The notes beneath the pieces are model-generated. The model saw only the letters and a program-made list of their open reading frames with translations. It searched no databases and was not told the DNA's origin. A stretch of 58,311 nt of DNA, counting the filler, from Trypethelium eluteriae (Eukaryota), in NCBI GenBank assembly GCA_051942245.1. It is 3 parts of 3 records of this genome, joined end to end, with 100 filler letters (N's around TTAATTAATTAA, not from the genome) between each part and the next. Parts side by side here need not be neighbours in the genome. Positions count along the whole stretch, not along the records: positions 19,509 to 38,880 come from JAVECL010000530.1; 2 more parts are not named here. The stretch is one strand, 5' to 3'. The position numbers and the translations under genes are program-made. Position 1 is the stretch's first letter; the number at the start of each line of letters is the position of its first letter. Shown here in pieces: positions 26,600 to 37,462 of the stretch.

Positions 26600-27720
26600 T
26601 ACACGATGCCCGCACGTTCTCAGTGTCTGGTTCCGATGACGTATGCATAAATGCAAGCTTCTATCCATTTTACAAGAAAAGGCCGTTGTAGCACCTTTAC
26701 GTATGCCCCTGCCTCCCATCTCCAGCCAAGTCTTTCTGCTTCGAGAGTCCTGACAATGATGTCTCTCAGTCCTTCCAACGTTCCATCGACCTTCGTGGTA
26801 CCTGTGTTTGCCTATTTGTCCCCCACGCCTTTTGAACCTATCCGACAGCACGTCCTTGAAGTGATAGTCGGGCTCATGGCCGTGGTCTTATAGCTTTGTT
26901 GGACATCCAGTACAAGGCGATCCTGTAGCTCTCCAAATGAGTCTTGGAGCTGTGATCATTCGCCATCCGCCTTGCGCATAGCCATGGTTAAAATTTCAGC
27001 CAAATCGAGCGTCCGCAGCATATCCGCCACCGAACCCAGTATCCCTCATCCTCAGAGCTTTGCCAGCAGCATCCCTCGCCGCTGCGGACTCCTTGGTCAC
27101 TCTCAGGGCATCAGTGGGTCGCGCGTCGTGTACCTACAAATATTGTCTCCTTAGTGTCCAGTTCAGCAACTCGATCCTAGCCCTCTGGACTTCTTAATCT
27201 CTCCACTGTGCGATCCTCTGCTCCTCCTCTATACCGCCCATTACTTTAGCAATCAGATCAGCCGCTTCTATCTGGCTCTCGCGAAGACAAGCTTAGCGTG
27301 TCCTAGTATATCTCCCATCGATCTTGTGGCTACGCCTTCGTCCTGGCTTCCATCCTTTGCAGGACCTATCGCCTACTGATTTCATGCTCAAAATAGCCTG
27401 CTTAACGCGGTCGCTGACAATGAAGAGATGGTGCGAGAAATTCCATTGAATCGCCTTGCCCACCGACGAGAATAGGACGTTTTCGGGGCCAGTGGTGTTT
27501 AGTAAAGACAAAGCCTCTAGGACGACTTCTTCCAAGAGATCTCTACACACGGTCACATCGGTTTAGATTTTTTTTCTCATGGGTCCGAGTCTGCTCCTCT
27601 CTGTGAGGTTGCGAAACCCTGCTTGCACAGCAATATGATATATTTGGCCAAGATTTGTAAACAAGGTCGAGTACGTAACAATTAGAGGTCTGGCATATTT
27701 GATTGATTTGCCAAATTCTA
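26600..27720 (-). pseudogene. Degraded protein-coding relic of unknown family
   Basis: One minus-strand frame from about 27720 to 27040 reads as helical, protein-like text (VCRDLLEEVVLEALSLL..LRESQIEAADLIAKVM..RARIELLNWTLRRQYL) with only four TAA/TAG stops. It continues in shifted frames (LEGLRDIIVRTLEAERLGWRW). Confidence 0.35.
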
Positions 27721-28050
27721 TCCAGCTACGAAATAAAAGCCTTTGGAGGACTTAATTTCAGTCCCTTAGTACTATCGGAATGGAGGGTGGAAAGGCATTG
27801 CAATTCTCGGTAAAAACTGAGGATTAGTAAATTATGATCGAAATAGTAATATATCGGAGACGCAGCGATTTGAGAAGGCACACAAAGTCGTTTGGGTTCT
27901 TTCTCTCTGTTGACAGAATTAGGTAGCCACACTCTCCGCAATATTCAAAGTGTCGAACGTGAGGTCCCACAGTACCTAAATTCGTCGCGTGCATAGGGCT
28001 GAGTTAACTCGAGTCATGCTGGAGGCGGCGAAAATTCGGCACACGCACTA

Positions 28051-28128
28051 GCTTAGCGGCTCGCTTAGCGTCCAGGCAGCTTAAATACCACTTCACCCCT
28101 CGCCTCTCTCTTCCTTTTTTTTTCTTTA
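28051..28128 (+). promoter_or_regulatory. Putative U3 promoter: tandem GCTTAGCG, TATA-like CTTAAATA, pyrimidine tract
   Basis: GCTTAGCG at 28051 and 28063, CTTAAATA at 28080, then a CT/T-rich run directly before the U3 start. Confidence 0.4.
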
Positions 28129-28428
28129 GTCGACTTTACTGTGAGTCCCATCCACCCCCATCCTCCACGCCTTGTTCCAAGGTCTGCAAGCCACAAGTAC
28201 CATACTAACAATTGCCACAGTCATAGAATCATTTCTATAGTAAACGTCCCCATCTGAGCTCCTTACCAGAGCCACATGATCACCAACCTGGCTGATGATC
28301 GAAGATCCCCGGACCCCTAGAGTGATGCCGTTGTACCTGCGTTCGCGTAGGTGGTGATGATCTCAACCCTTCCTGGCTTTGACCTCTGGTTGGCCGAGTT
28401 GGGCGGGGTCTGGTGGAGGTCTGACAGG
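28129..28428 (+). ncRNA. U3: U3 small nucleolar RNA (box C/D) with a spliceosomal intron (exon 1 28129-28140, intron 28141-28220, exon 2 28221 to about 28428)
   Basis: Spliced 5' end GTCGACTTTACT|TCATAGAATCATTTCTATAG matches the fungal U3 GAC box/box A'/box A. Then box C' CTGATGA (about 28292), box B AGAGTGA (about 28321), box C GTGATGA (about 28354) and box D CTGA (28421-28424). Terminal stem CCTG/CAGG. Intron GTGAGT..TACTAAC..CAG. Confidence 0.9.
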
Positions 28429-29992
28429 CTTCAAGCTGAAAATTTCATATGGAGGAATGAGGATCGTGGATTGGCGTGGAGCTGTTGGTTGCACCTTAGC
28501 TATGGCAGATGTAACATCAGATGAAGCGTCGTCATCGCTGTGTACGATAATCGGTCCTGGTAGATTAAATTCAATTTTGTGTTGTCCTTCCACAGTCTGA
28601 GAACAAAACCACCGATCCGCACTTGAACAGAAAATTCCACTGAAGCCATAAGGTTGTTAGTCACAGATTTGATCTGATACACTTATTTGAATGTTTCGCA
28701 GAGACCTTGGTGATGCCAATTCATCAGTCAGCATGCCAAGTAACAAGTCTCATCACATAGTGATGACCGTGTTATTGAAGATGTTGAAATCTGTTTTGAC
28801 GCGTTCATGGTCTTTGCTACTTGCTTGTATATAGCTGTTCGGGAGGACAGAGATATCCTCGGTCTTAGTGACATCACCCGAAGGGATTCCTTTTGGGTCT
28901 ATTCCTTGTCAGGAATTCGAGAGACCTTTTTTAATATCTTTTTCGTGCACAGCGTCGCAACCGAATTTCTTGTTCTAGGTTTACGTCATTAGAAGAATAA
29001 GGTAGGGAGCTCTGTCCGGAAGCACGTCGAACGCGGCGTGCGCGGCTTGCTAGTCTAGTTTTTCTCGCGTTCACTTTCTAACTAGCGAGCGCTACCGCGA
29101 TGTCGCCTTACTTCCACGAAGATGCTGCTTCGTATCCTTCCCGCTGGAGTCGTTGCGCTCGGCCCAGTGAAAATAAAGGAGAAGAGCGCTGGCATCACCA
29201 CACGCTGCACTACTACGGTACTCAGCGCCGTGAGGGTTGTGCAGGTCTGCATAGCTGTCAATCACAGCATCAACCATTGCCGATAACGATCCATGACGAG
29301 TTTGTGTCTGCAGCTACTCTACGTATAGTCGAGATGGGGTTTGACCTCGATTGTATTGAAAATTTCACTCTCCATCATGAGCGCTGATGATTGATCGAGT
29401 CTCAATTCTTTTGACTCTTGCAATGCCTTGCTGCTGCATTGGGATGGGCAGAAGATAGGCTTCGTTACATGGACAGATTCTGAACGTCATTTGTGATCGT
29501 GAGTATAGGTTGGCCATGCGTTAGATGGCTAGCTTTCAGTTCAGACACTTGCTAAGAGACCTCAACAGGCTATCTAAAATGGGCGTGGTAGGGAATTATT
29601 GTTGGTCTAAGCAACCAGAATAACATCTCCACTGCCTGACCCAAGATTATCTGAAGAGTAACATAGCACAATACATCATGGAACTGGAGTTGTTTTGACC
29701 AGAGTCTAATATCTAGACTAGGTTATCTCAATGAACTCAGACTCCAGAATAAAGAACGCTCGGAGCAGCCCGGCGAGCTGCTCATGTTTGAGGCTTGCCA
29801 ACGCCTCTGCTTAATCAAAAGCACTGATAGATACTAAGAAGCGCTAATACTTAAGCTATAAGATAATGTTTGACATATTTGGTTAGTATAAATAAGAACT
29901 GCCCAGTGCTTGAAATCATAAGCCACTTAACCTGTCCATTTTCTCTTTCGATAGTTTTGATAATGGCCGTCTTGCCATGCTTCGATACTCTT

Positions 29993-30166
29993 ATCCTCGT
30001 CCTCATCCTCGTCCTCATCCTCGTCCTAATCCTCATCCTCATCCTCGTCATCATCTTCATCCTCATCCTCGTCATCATCCTCATCCTCATCCTCATCCTC
30101 ATCCTGTTCCTCATCCTGTTCCTCATCCTCATCCTCATCCTGTCCCTCACTCTGTCCCTCATCCTC
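29993..30166. repeat. Degenerate hexanucleotide repeat (ATCCTC/GTCCTC)n encoding poly-(Asp-Glu) on the minus strand
   Basis: Directly visible tandem array with interspersed variant units. It generates several spurious low-complexity ORFs in the track. Confidence 0.92.
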
Positions 30167-33027
30167 GCACAGAATTAGTCCATATGAACGCAAGACCTCA
30201 AAGCACCTCAAGCTTGGTTGACTCCTTATCCTCTCCCTTCGCGCGTTCACATGAAATCTCAATCCAGGTAGCAACCAGGGATCACTATTGCTAAGTGCGA
30301 TGAGTGCTTCGGACTGGCTCAAGCTGGAGAGCTGACCCCTTTTCAGTAACTCTTCGATCCAAGAGTAAAGATCATAGCGAATAGCGAGCGACGTCATCAA
30401 AGGAGGACTTAGCGGTCCTTGAGTGACTTGATGGTGTTTTTCAAGCCCGAGTTTTCGTGTCACAATCACGTCCATAAGATCTAAAACCGAGATTAAGGAC
30501 TTTTGCTGATGATTGTCCGTCAGTGTACAGATGAACATTGCGCTGTCAACCAGCCTAGAAATCCTATATTTCCGGCCCTGAATGTGCCTTTCTTCGATAT
30601 TCTTATGTTGATCGCTAATTTTGCATTCGATTCCCTTAATCTCGAGAGCGTAAGCTTTGCAAAGCGAAGCATAAGGGTTGAACAAGGGAGCGACTCCACG
30701 GATTTGACTCCATATCTCTGGCTGTTCGATGTAATCCTTCAAAGTTCTGTGCATGTATTGTACACTTAATTTCTCATTACAATAAGTCCAGAAGTGAGAG
30801 GCAGGCCTGTAACTCAGTCAGAAACAAAAGCCCTCAAAATCGCAGGTGATCTCAGCCAGCCCAATCAACTTACTCATTTTCTACTTCCTTAATCAAAGAA
30901 GCCTTAGTCTCAAGCAACCCTTTGGTTCTGCTATCAAGACGTCTTTCCATTGACTTCAGCCGAAAAACGATCTCGTCTTTGCCTAGGGGTTTATCTTCGT
31001 TGTCCCGCAATGCTTCGTCGTCGTCGTCCGCATATGAGAAGCGCAACAATCCTATAGCGCTTCCAGATTCTAGGGCTGCACGCTGTATCTGGAACAGTTG
31101 CGCAGAATGTACCTGGTAAGCAGGATCGACGCTGTCAAGGATCTTGTGGAATAACATCTCTAGATCTTTGGGAAGGTCCTCTAACCTCCTAGTGAGATCA
31201 ATAACCCAATCACCATTTGAAATGCCACGTAGTAAAGATTGGACTACTAGTTGTACCCAGAGGAAAACACCAGAAGCTTTCTCTGTGATATCATCAAGCA
31301 ATCGGACAGCTAACTTGTGATTACCCTGCTCCAGTTCCTTGAACCCGCGATGCCCGTAGAATTTGTTGTGGACATAGTTATGGATATCCTGATGAGTAAG
31401 ATGCTGAAGTTGAAGATTTGGACTATTGATAAATGCATCTTGGAACACGCTCCAGGGCCGGCTAGCTAAGCATATTTTGATATGTGGTGAAGCTGCCATT
31501 TCTTTCAAAATAGCTATCATTTCTTCGTGTTTTCCATTGCATTCGTCCAAGCCATCAATCAAAAAAAAGAATCGGAACTGATTGAATGGGTAAGCTATAA
31601 TTTTGCGAAAAGCTTCAAGACATTCAGATGTAGTCCAAGGCTTCATAATCATCGGCATTAGTTCTAGATTCGATTTTATGATTGTCCATAGATCTGGGAA
31701 TAGGCCAGGAAGCATATCGGGTAGCCGTTCCCCGACACCATGTAATAAGGTCCGGACCAAGCCCTCCATTGACATTTGAATAGAACTGCCGCTATTCCAG
31801 AAGAAGTGGCTTGCAATAATAAGTTTTGAATCCTGAGCCCAGGACGTAAGATATTTCTTGGTCCTAAAGTCTGAATGTAGAAATTTCATCAGCGTTGACT
31901 TTCCAGATCCTGCCTTGCCTGTAATCCAGTACAAGCTAGAGCTGCTTTGTAACCAGCCCACGAAGGGGGCCCATACAGAGCGTCCAACATCCGGCAGTTC
32001 ATCTTGGTAGACCCATTCAAAAGTACCTACCATTGATTCTATGATCCGATCTTCGCGATCTCGAATGGCCGAAAATTCTAAATATGAAAGCAATTGTGCT
32101 TGAATGTCTCCGTGAAGATAACCTGTAGGCTTCAACCTAGAATTCCATAAGGGGGATTCCCATTCTTTTTGCTTGCCAGAGGTGATCAAAAGGCGGAGCA
32201 GGTCAGCTTCTGATTCTACGCGAATTAGATCTCTGTTCAATGTAGCGTGGGATATTAAAGGGTTGCTTACCGCCATGTCGAGGATTTGGATTCTCGCTTA
32301 TCGCGTGCCGTAGCCGGTGAAACGCCTTCTCCTTCCCTTCGCCATATAGTGGCACTATAGAAACGTTGAAGATGCCGAGTAGGGAGTAAGCTTTGTCCTC
32401 TTTGCGTTTGGTTTTGCGAGATTTGATCCATGAGAATTTCTCAGTGGTATCGAATTTAGAAAGAGCCTGTCCTCGAAGAGCCGGCACCGAAATCCGAGTT
32501 ATCTCGTGAATTGGGCGCTCTAACGACTTCTTATCACCTAGTAGCTTTCCCTCTACAGAGAAGAATTCCACAAACTGTGGAGCAAGAAGTTCTTGGAGTG
32601 TCCAGCCTCGAGTGAACCATCGACTTTTCCGAAATGCCGGTCCCCACGACTGAAAGGACTGGCTAAGGGAATCCGCATTACTGATTGACACGTCCGCCAG
32701 ATATACATAGCGTTTGGTCGCATCTCGATACCAGCGGAACATAGAAACAATAGCCTCTGAGAGTTCAGTATTATTTGATTTATCAATGCAGCAAGTGTCG
32801 ATCCAGAAATATCGTAGGCCATCCTGATTAGCTTGCTCTGCACAAAATCGAATCTTTTTGAATCCAACCTTCTTCTTTGCCAGGTTGTTCTTAAAGTCTT
32901 GAAAGGTGACTTCATCATCTTCATCTCCCCAAGTATGCGAAAGCATTCCATAGGGAGGAAACTTGTCAGTCAAATCCTTTTTTAAGCTAATTTCGCTATT
33001 ATTGTCAAGTTTTAAGAGGCGCATCAT
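30026..33027 (-). CDS. NLR-like HET-NACHT protein (HET effector domain, NACHT NTPase, helical region, acidic tail), 3 exons
   Basis: HET motifs LSHTWG, YFWIDTCCIDK, ELSEAI.SMFRWY and SRWFTRGWTLQELLAP. Intron 32270-32216 (GTAAGC..CTAAT..TAG, 55 nt) joins HET in frame to NACHT (Walker A GKAGSGKST, Walker B FFLIDGLDEC, CLASRPW, ASGVFLWV). Intron 30873-30807 continues to VQYMHRTLKDY. Stop TAG at 30026. Confidence 0.88.
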
Positions 33028-33677
33028 TAGAGATGACGAAAAATGGACCGAGGATTCTTACAACGCAGACGGACATCTAAGTTGAAAATAGCAGGGAGGT
33101 GCATGACATCGCATCAGAATTCAAAGAGCAGAGGCGCAACAAATATCAGCTGCGGTCCATAAAGAGGAGTGTGCGGCCTCTATATAGCCGTAAGGCTCTA
33201 AGTTATCGTACAACGCAAATCAGAAAGGGCAGTGCTCCAAGTGTGGCGCAGAACATCTCTCCAGGCAAGGGAAAACTGTCCGAAACTGACACCAACCACC
33301 CAAACAATGTCAAACGCCTCTTATGTTATATATTTTGGAATTTGACAATAAAGGTTTGGCTTTCTGCTGTGCTAATATCAGAAAATAATATCTCTGGGCA
33401 TTATAGGCAGTAAAAACATAGAAATGATGAGAGGTGAGAGGAAATAGGGCAGAAGATAGGGTAGGTGGTCTGTGTCAAAATCGGTCGGTTTTTCCTTCCC
33501 TGGAGATGCCAGTGACGGTTCGCCGCATCATAACTCATGCACCTCACCAAATTCAGTTGTTTGTTACAACATCATTCTCAAAGAGGACCGTCGACTCAAA
33601 GGTTCACAACGGTAAGTCCGTTGGGAAAAAGGGGTGTACTTTGTTCTGACTTTCGGTCCAATTTTAGCCCGGTTCTG

Positions 33678-34030
33678 CTAGAGAGATTCCTCGATGAAAC
33701 GCTTCGAGCCATAGCTTTACTCATCCTGACAGTAGACGCAGCCTGTTATCATTGGCTTTTGCGGAATAGCCATGACCTCGATCATAGTATTCTATCGCTT
33801 GAATGGGCATCGCGAGATGTCAAAGATTATTCCTATTGGCGTGACCGCCTTCTCATTCTCGAGGAAGCTCTTGAAGAGGCAGGGCCCATGACGCTTTCGC
33901 AGTAATGGCATGACCGCCGGAAGAAGGTTCAATGGTATACATTTTGGGTTGCTATCCTCATTTTTATCCTCACCATTTTCTTTGGACCGATACAGTCCAT
34001 TACCGCTGTTCTACAGACCTGAAAGACTCT
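33678..34030 (+). pseudogene. Truncated pseudogene: C-terminal fragment of a fungal membrane-anchored hypothetical family
   Basis: FLDETLRAIALL..YSYWRDRLLILEEALEEAGPMTLSQ*WHDRRKKVQWYTFWVAILIFILTIFFGPIQSITAVLQT*K. In-frame stops at 33903 (TAA) and 34020 (TGA); no N-terminal part found. Confidence 0.7.
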
Positions 34031-34565
34031 GAGCGCTTAACCGCGCAAGTCCCCTCATATGAAGATCAGTCCCAAGGCAGCTGGATAGACGTTCCTTCTC
34101 TTCCTACAACTGTCTACGACTATTGAACTCATTGACTGTAGCTATCAATCTCGCAACAAAGACGCGATGACTAACATTGGTGTATACTCTTGATCCTAAA
34201 GTCAGGAATCGCCATCGCAATTACTTGTGCTTCTACGAACGACTGATCCAGAGATATTGGCGAGAGACCGCTCTCGTAGTGAGAGGACAGGACTGCGCTT
34301 AGCTCAATAGGAAAGCGCTGAAGTTCCTGTAGAGCAGATTTGCATCACGAGCAGTATCCTTGCAGGGACAATCTACTTGACTTGAACTTGGATCACACGA
34401 GAGAGCCAGAAGCAGAGTACTGGCAGTGATTGCTTTATCGTAATTCCTGTTACATACTAATTTCCGTCTCTACAATTATCCCATCTGTTTCTATTCTCTC
34501 GGGTATCGATATGTTCAGAATAGAATGCCGTTCCTGCGGTGAAATCCCTCGCCGCTGCATGTCCG

Positions 34566-36940
34566 TCAGTAGCCGTATCCCTGGTGCCCACCATATTGGC
34601 CCGACGAGGGCGGCTGTTGTCCGTACTGACCCGGATGTCCCGATTGCTGTCCGTATTCGCCAGGCGGAGGTGGCTGCTGCTGTCCTTGATAGGGAATCTC
34701 GTACCCTTGCTGATATGCTGTAGGATACGCATACGGATCGTGAGGCGTAAACCCGGCTGGTTGTGGCTGTTGGTACTGTTGCTGAGGCGTAGGATCATAA
34801 TTGTAATCTGTAGAGGGTCGATAGCTTTGATCTGCTGCAGGTGGATTCATCGCGCCTTCTTCACCATAAGGCCCCTCACGTTTTGCGCCACCCATACCTG
34901 GCATATTGCCCATGCCTGGAATACTACTTAGGCCAGGAATGCCGCTAGAGCTAAGCTTCTGAGTGAACTGGTCAAGAGGCGAGCCTCCAACTTTGCCATG
35001 GCCACCGTGATTCTGCTGCGCGCCAGCGGTCACAACATGGTTGTTGCCGGCTTTGACGCTTTCGGAACTGAGAATGGTGTTCAATTCTCGACCACCATCA
35101 TGTCGGCGTTGCAGCCAATGCTCGACGGCTGAGAACATGTTCCTGTGGATCTCCAAATGAGGATCTCTGATGGCAGGGTGATGGAAAGCGCGGACTATGT
35201 CATTCAGAACCTCGTCCACGGGTACGCCAGGATTATCCCATGCATATATTACCCTCGGTGCAGCATACTGAAGAATCGTAGAAGCGACTTGGCCAGCAGG
35301 CGCGTTGAGAACGTTGGAGAAGTGGTCCTTGCTGAGCAGTGAATGAGTAGGATCAGTGCATTGCGGATTAGTCCACGGCTCATATTGATGATTGGCGCTT
35401 GAGTCGACGACTGTGGTGGACCCTTGTTTCAAAGACTTCGATACTGCCTTAATGATAGGCTGAATGAAAGGTGCAAGCAGAGACATGATGAAGAGGGTGA
35501 TTCGCTCGCTGATAGTATCAATGAGCTTCTCGAGGCCTGGAATCTTGCTTACGATCGACATTAATGCTCGAACGACTTTGTCCCGGAATTCTAAGATTGG
35601 ATAAATCTTGGCTATCGTGGCTTGCGGGTCAAAGTTCTGCGACATTCCAGGAATCCCAGGCCCTGGTGGACCACCCTGAGACCCTGGCGGTCCCGCAAAT
35701 TGAGGCACTTCATTTGCGCGAGCACCACCGTATGCACCTTCGTTTTCTCTAGAGTTTTGGGCTGCCTGTGCGTCTGAGGCAGCCTGAAGGTCCACGGCCT
35801 CTCGGCAAAGATGGTCAGTACCAGGAACTTTGGAGAGCAAGTCGGTAAAACCAGCTGCTTGTTGTTCGGGAGTGACTCCACTCTTCTTGGATTCGTTCGC
35901 CGCACTGCCAAGAGCATCGTTCATTTCCTCCACTTCGCTTTGCGTGATGTGATCTGTCGCTTCTCCCACCACGCTGTGCAAGAAATCAACACCTCCAAAG
36001 GTTCCGGTGACAATTGGATAGACTCTCTTGCCATGAAGATTGATTTCCGTGGCCGTCCCAGTATGAGGGAAGACGTTGGTGAACCCCATTTCTCGAAGAG
36101 CGAGCTCTGTGTAATTTGAGTGGGCGCCAAAGTCCTCCATACAGTGGAGACCTTGTCCAAGGCAGCGCAAAGCTTCGCAAAGGTCTTCCTCCCGACCTTT
36201 TTGTCCGTGGGGTCCTGAGGTATAGACACGTCCAAAATGAATGCTACGAGCAAAGCTATGTCTGATGTAGCCTGTGGAAGTTGCCCAGCCGCCTCGTTCG
36301 TTTGCTATGTAGTTCTTCATTCCTTTGACAAACTTTAGTACGCATGGGAGACGACGCCTGAAATGACATAGAACATTGCACTTCACATACCGGTTTCAGG
36401 ATCAATTGAAAGCTCCTCTGGGTTCACCGGAGGCCGCAGCCTGGGGTCGTATTTTCTGGCATCCTCGTTATCAGCGTAGTCTTTTGGATTGTCGATGTGC
36501 TCTTCCGGCCGGTAGGTTCCCAATCGCTCAGCCGTGACTTCAAACTCTGCGGTGGCGTAACCGAAGGACATGAAAGCCAGTATCCAGATTAAAATCCGAA
36601 TGGTATCAGCTTGAACACCCTTGAGGGTACCGACATCGATAGCTTGTGAGTAGTCGCGGAGCCAGTTGCCAAAGTAGACGCGTTTAATCATCATGCTTGT
36701 CCATTTGTGGCCACGAAGGCAAGCCACGGTCTCCAACATATCTTCAATGTCACTTGTCGCAAAAAAGTGTCAGCGGTTTGCTAATTACCAAATGTCTCGA
36801 AGCTCTTACCCATGACGCCAGTTTTGTCCTTCGACTCTGCTAATGCTGGCAATATTTCCAGCGCCAAAGGCTGTAACTGGGGAGGCAAAGATGAGCACAA
36901 AGAGAAGAAGACACAGCAGATAGACCTTTGAGGAAGCCAT
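34566..36940 (-). CDS. het-c: Heterokaryon incompatibility protein HET-C, 3 exons
   Basis: Signal peptide then FGAGNIASISRVEGQNWRHGDIED..KWTSMMIKRVYFGNWLRDYSQAIDVG..YRPEEHIDNP. Also LHCMEDFGAHSNYTEL, DPTHSLLSKDHF and a Gly/Gln/Tyr-rich tail. Introns 36809-36753 and 36390-36323. Confidence 0.93.
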
Positions 36941-37462
36941 GTTGTTGAAGGATGTGCTTAGGTCGATGATAATGGTGAGTTCGGAATGCAGTGCAGGTCA
37001 AATGAGATAGTGCTAAGGTTTTATAAGGTACTGGCCCAGCATCTGCGCACTCAGTGCCTTGGCTCGAAGATCCTCAAAACTAAGCCAGATCCTGGTAGAG
37101 CTTGCGAAGCAGCTGAAGATGAAGCTGTTGACGTTGAGGGTTGTGGCGCATGCGGTGAAGCAATCGTGGCGCAGTGCAGAACCAAGCTTCGACCCTCCGA
37201 TGATCCAGCCAATAACCTCCAACTACAGATATGCCTTTTTGATGTGACTTCTCCACGTTCCGTATTGCACATGGCGCTGCGTAGGTCTTTCGGGCGAGAC
37301 GCAAGGGATGCGCACTTTAGTGCCTGCTACCATGGTAAGATTGCCATTAGAAATGTCCTATTATCATCTTCGTTGTCGTCGTCGATGGAACTGGTCAAAT
37401 CATCTCTTCGCTTCTGTCGTCAAGATTACCAGATCCTTGCTGCACCTAGACTGACTACATAG

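Noticed and set aside
28363..28682. Short ORFs on both strands near 28.4-28.7 kb
   Set aside because: Two of them overlap the U3 3' end, and none has recognisable domains.
29851..30294. Poly-RM, poly-IL and poly-HP ORFs
   Set aside because: Alternative-frame readings of the hexamer repeat that encodes the NLR acidic tail.
26300..34200. Starship or other transposon as the origin of the accessory island
   Set aside because: No tyrosine recombinase, transposase or reverse transcriptase motifs, terminal repeats or target-site duplication could be identified.
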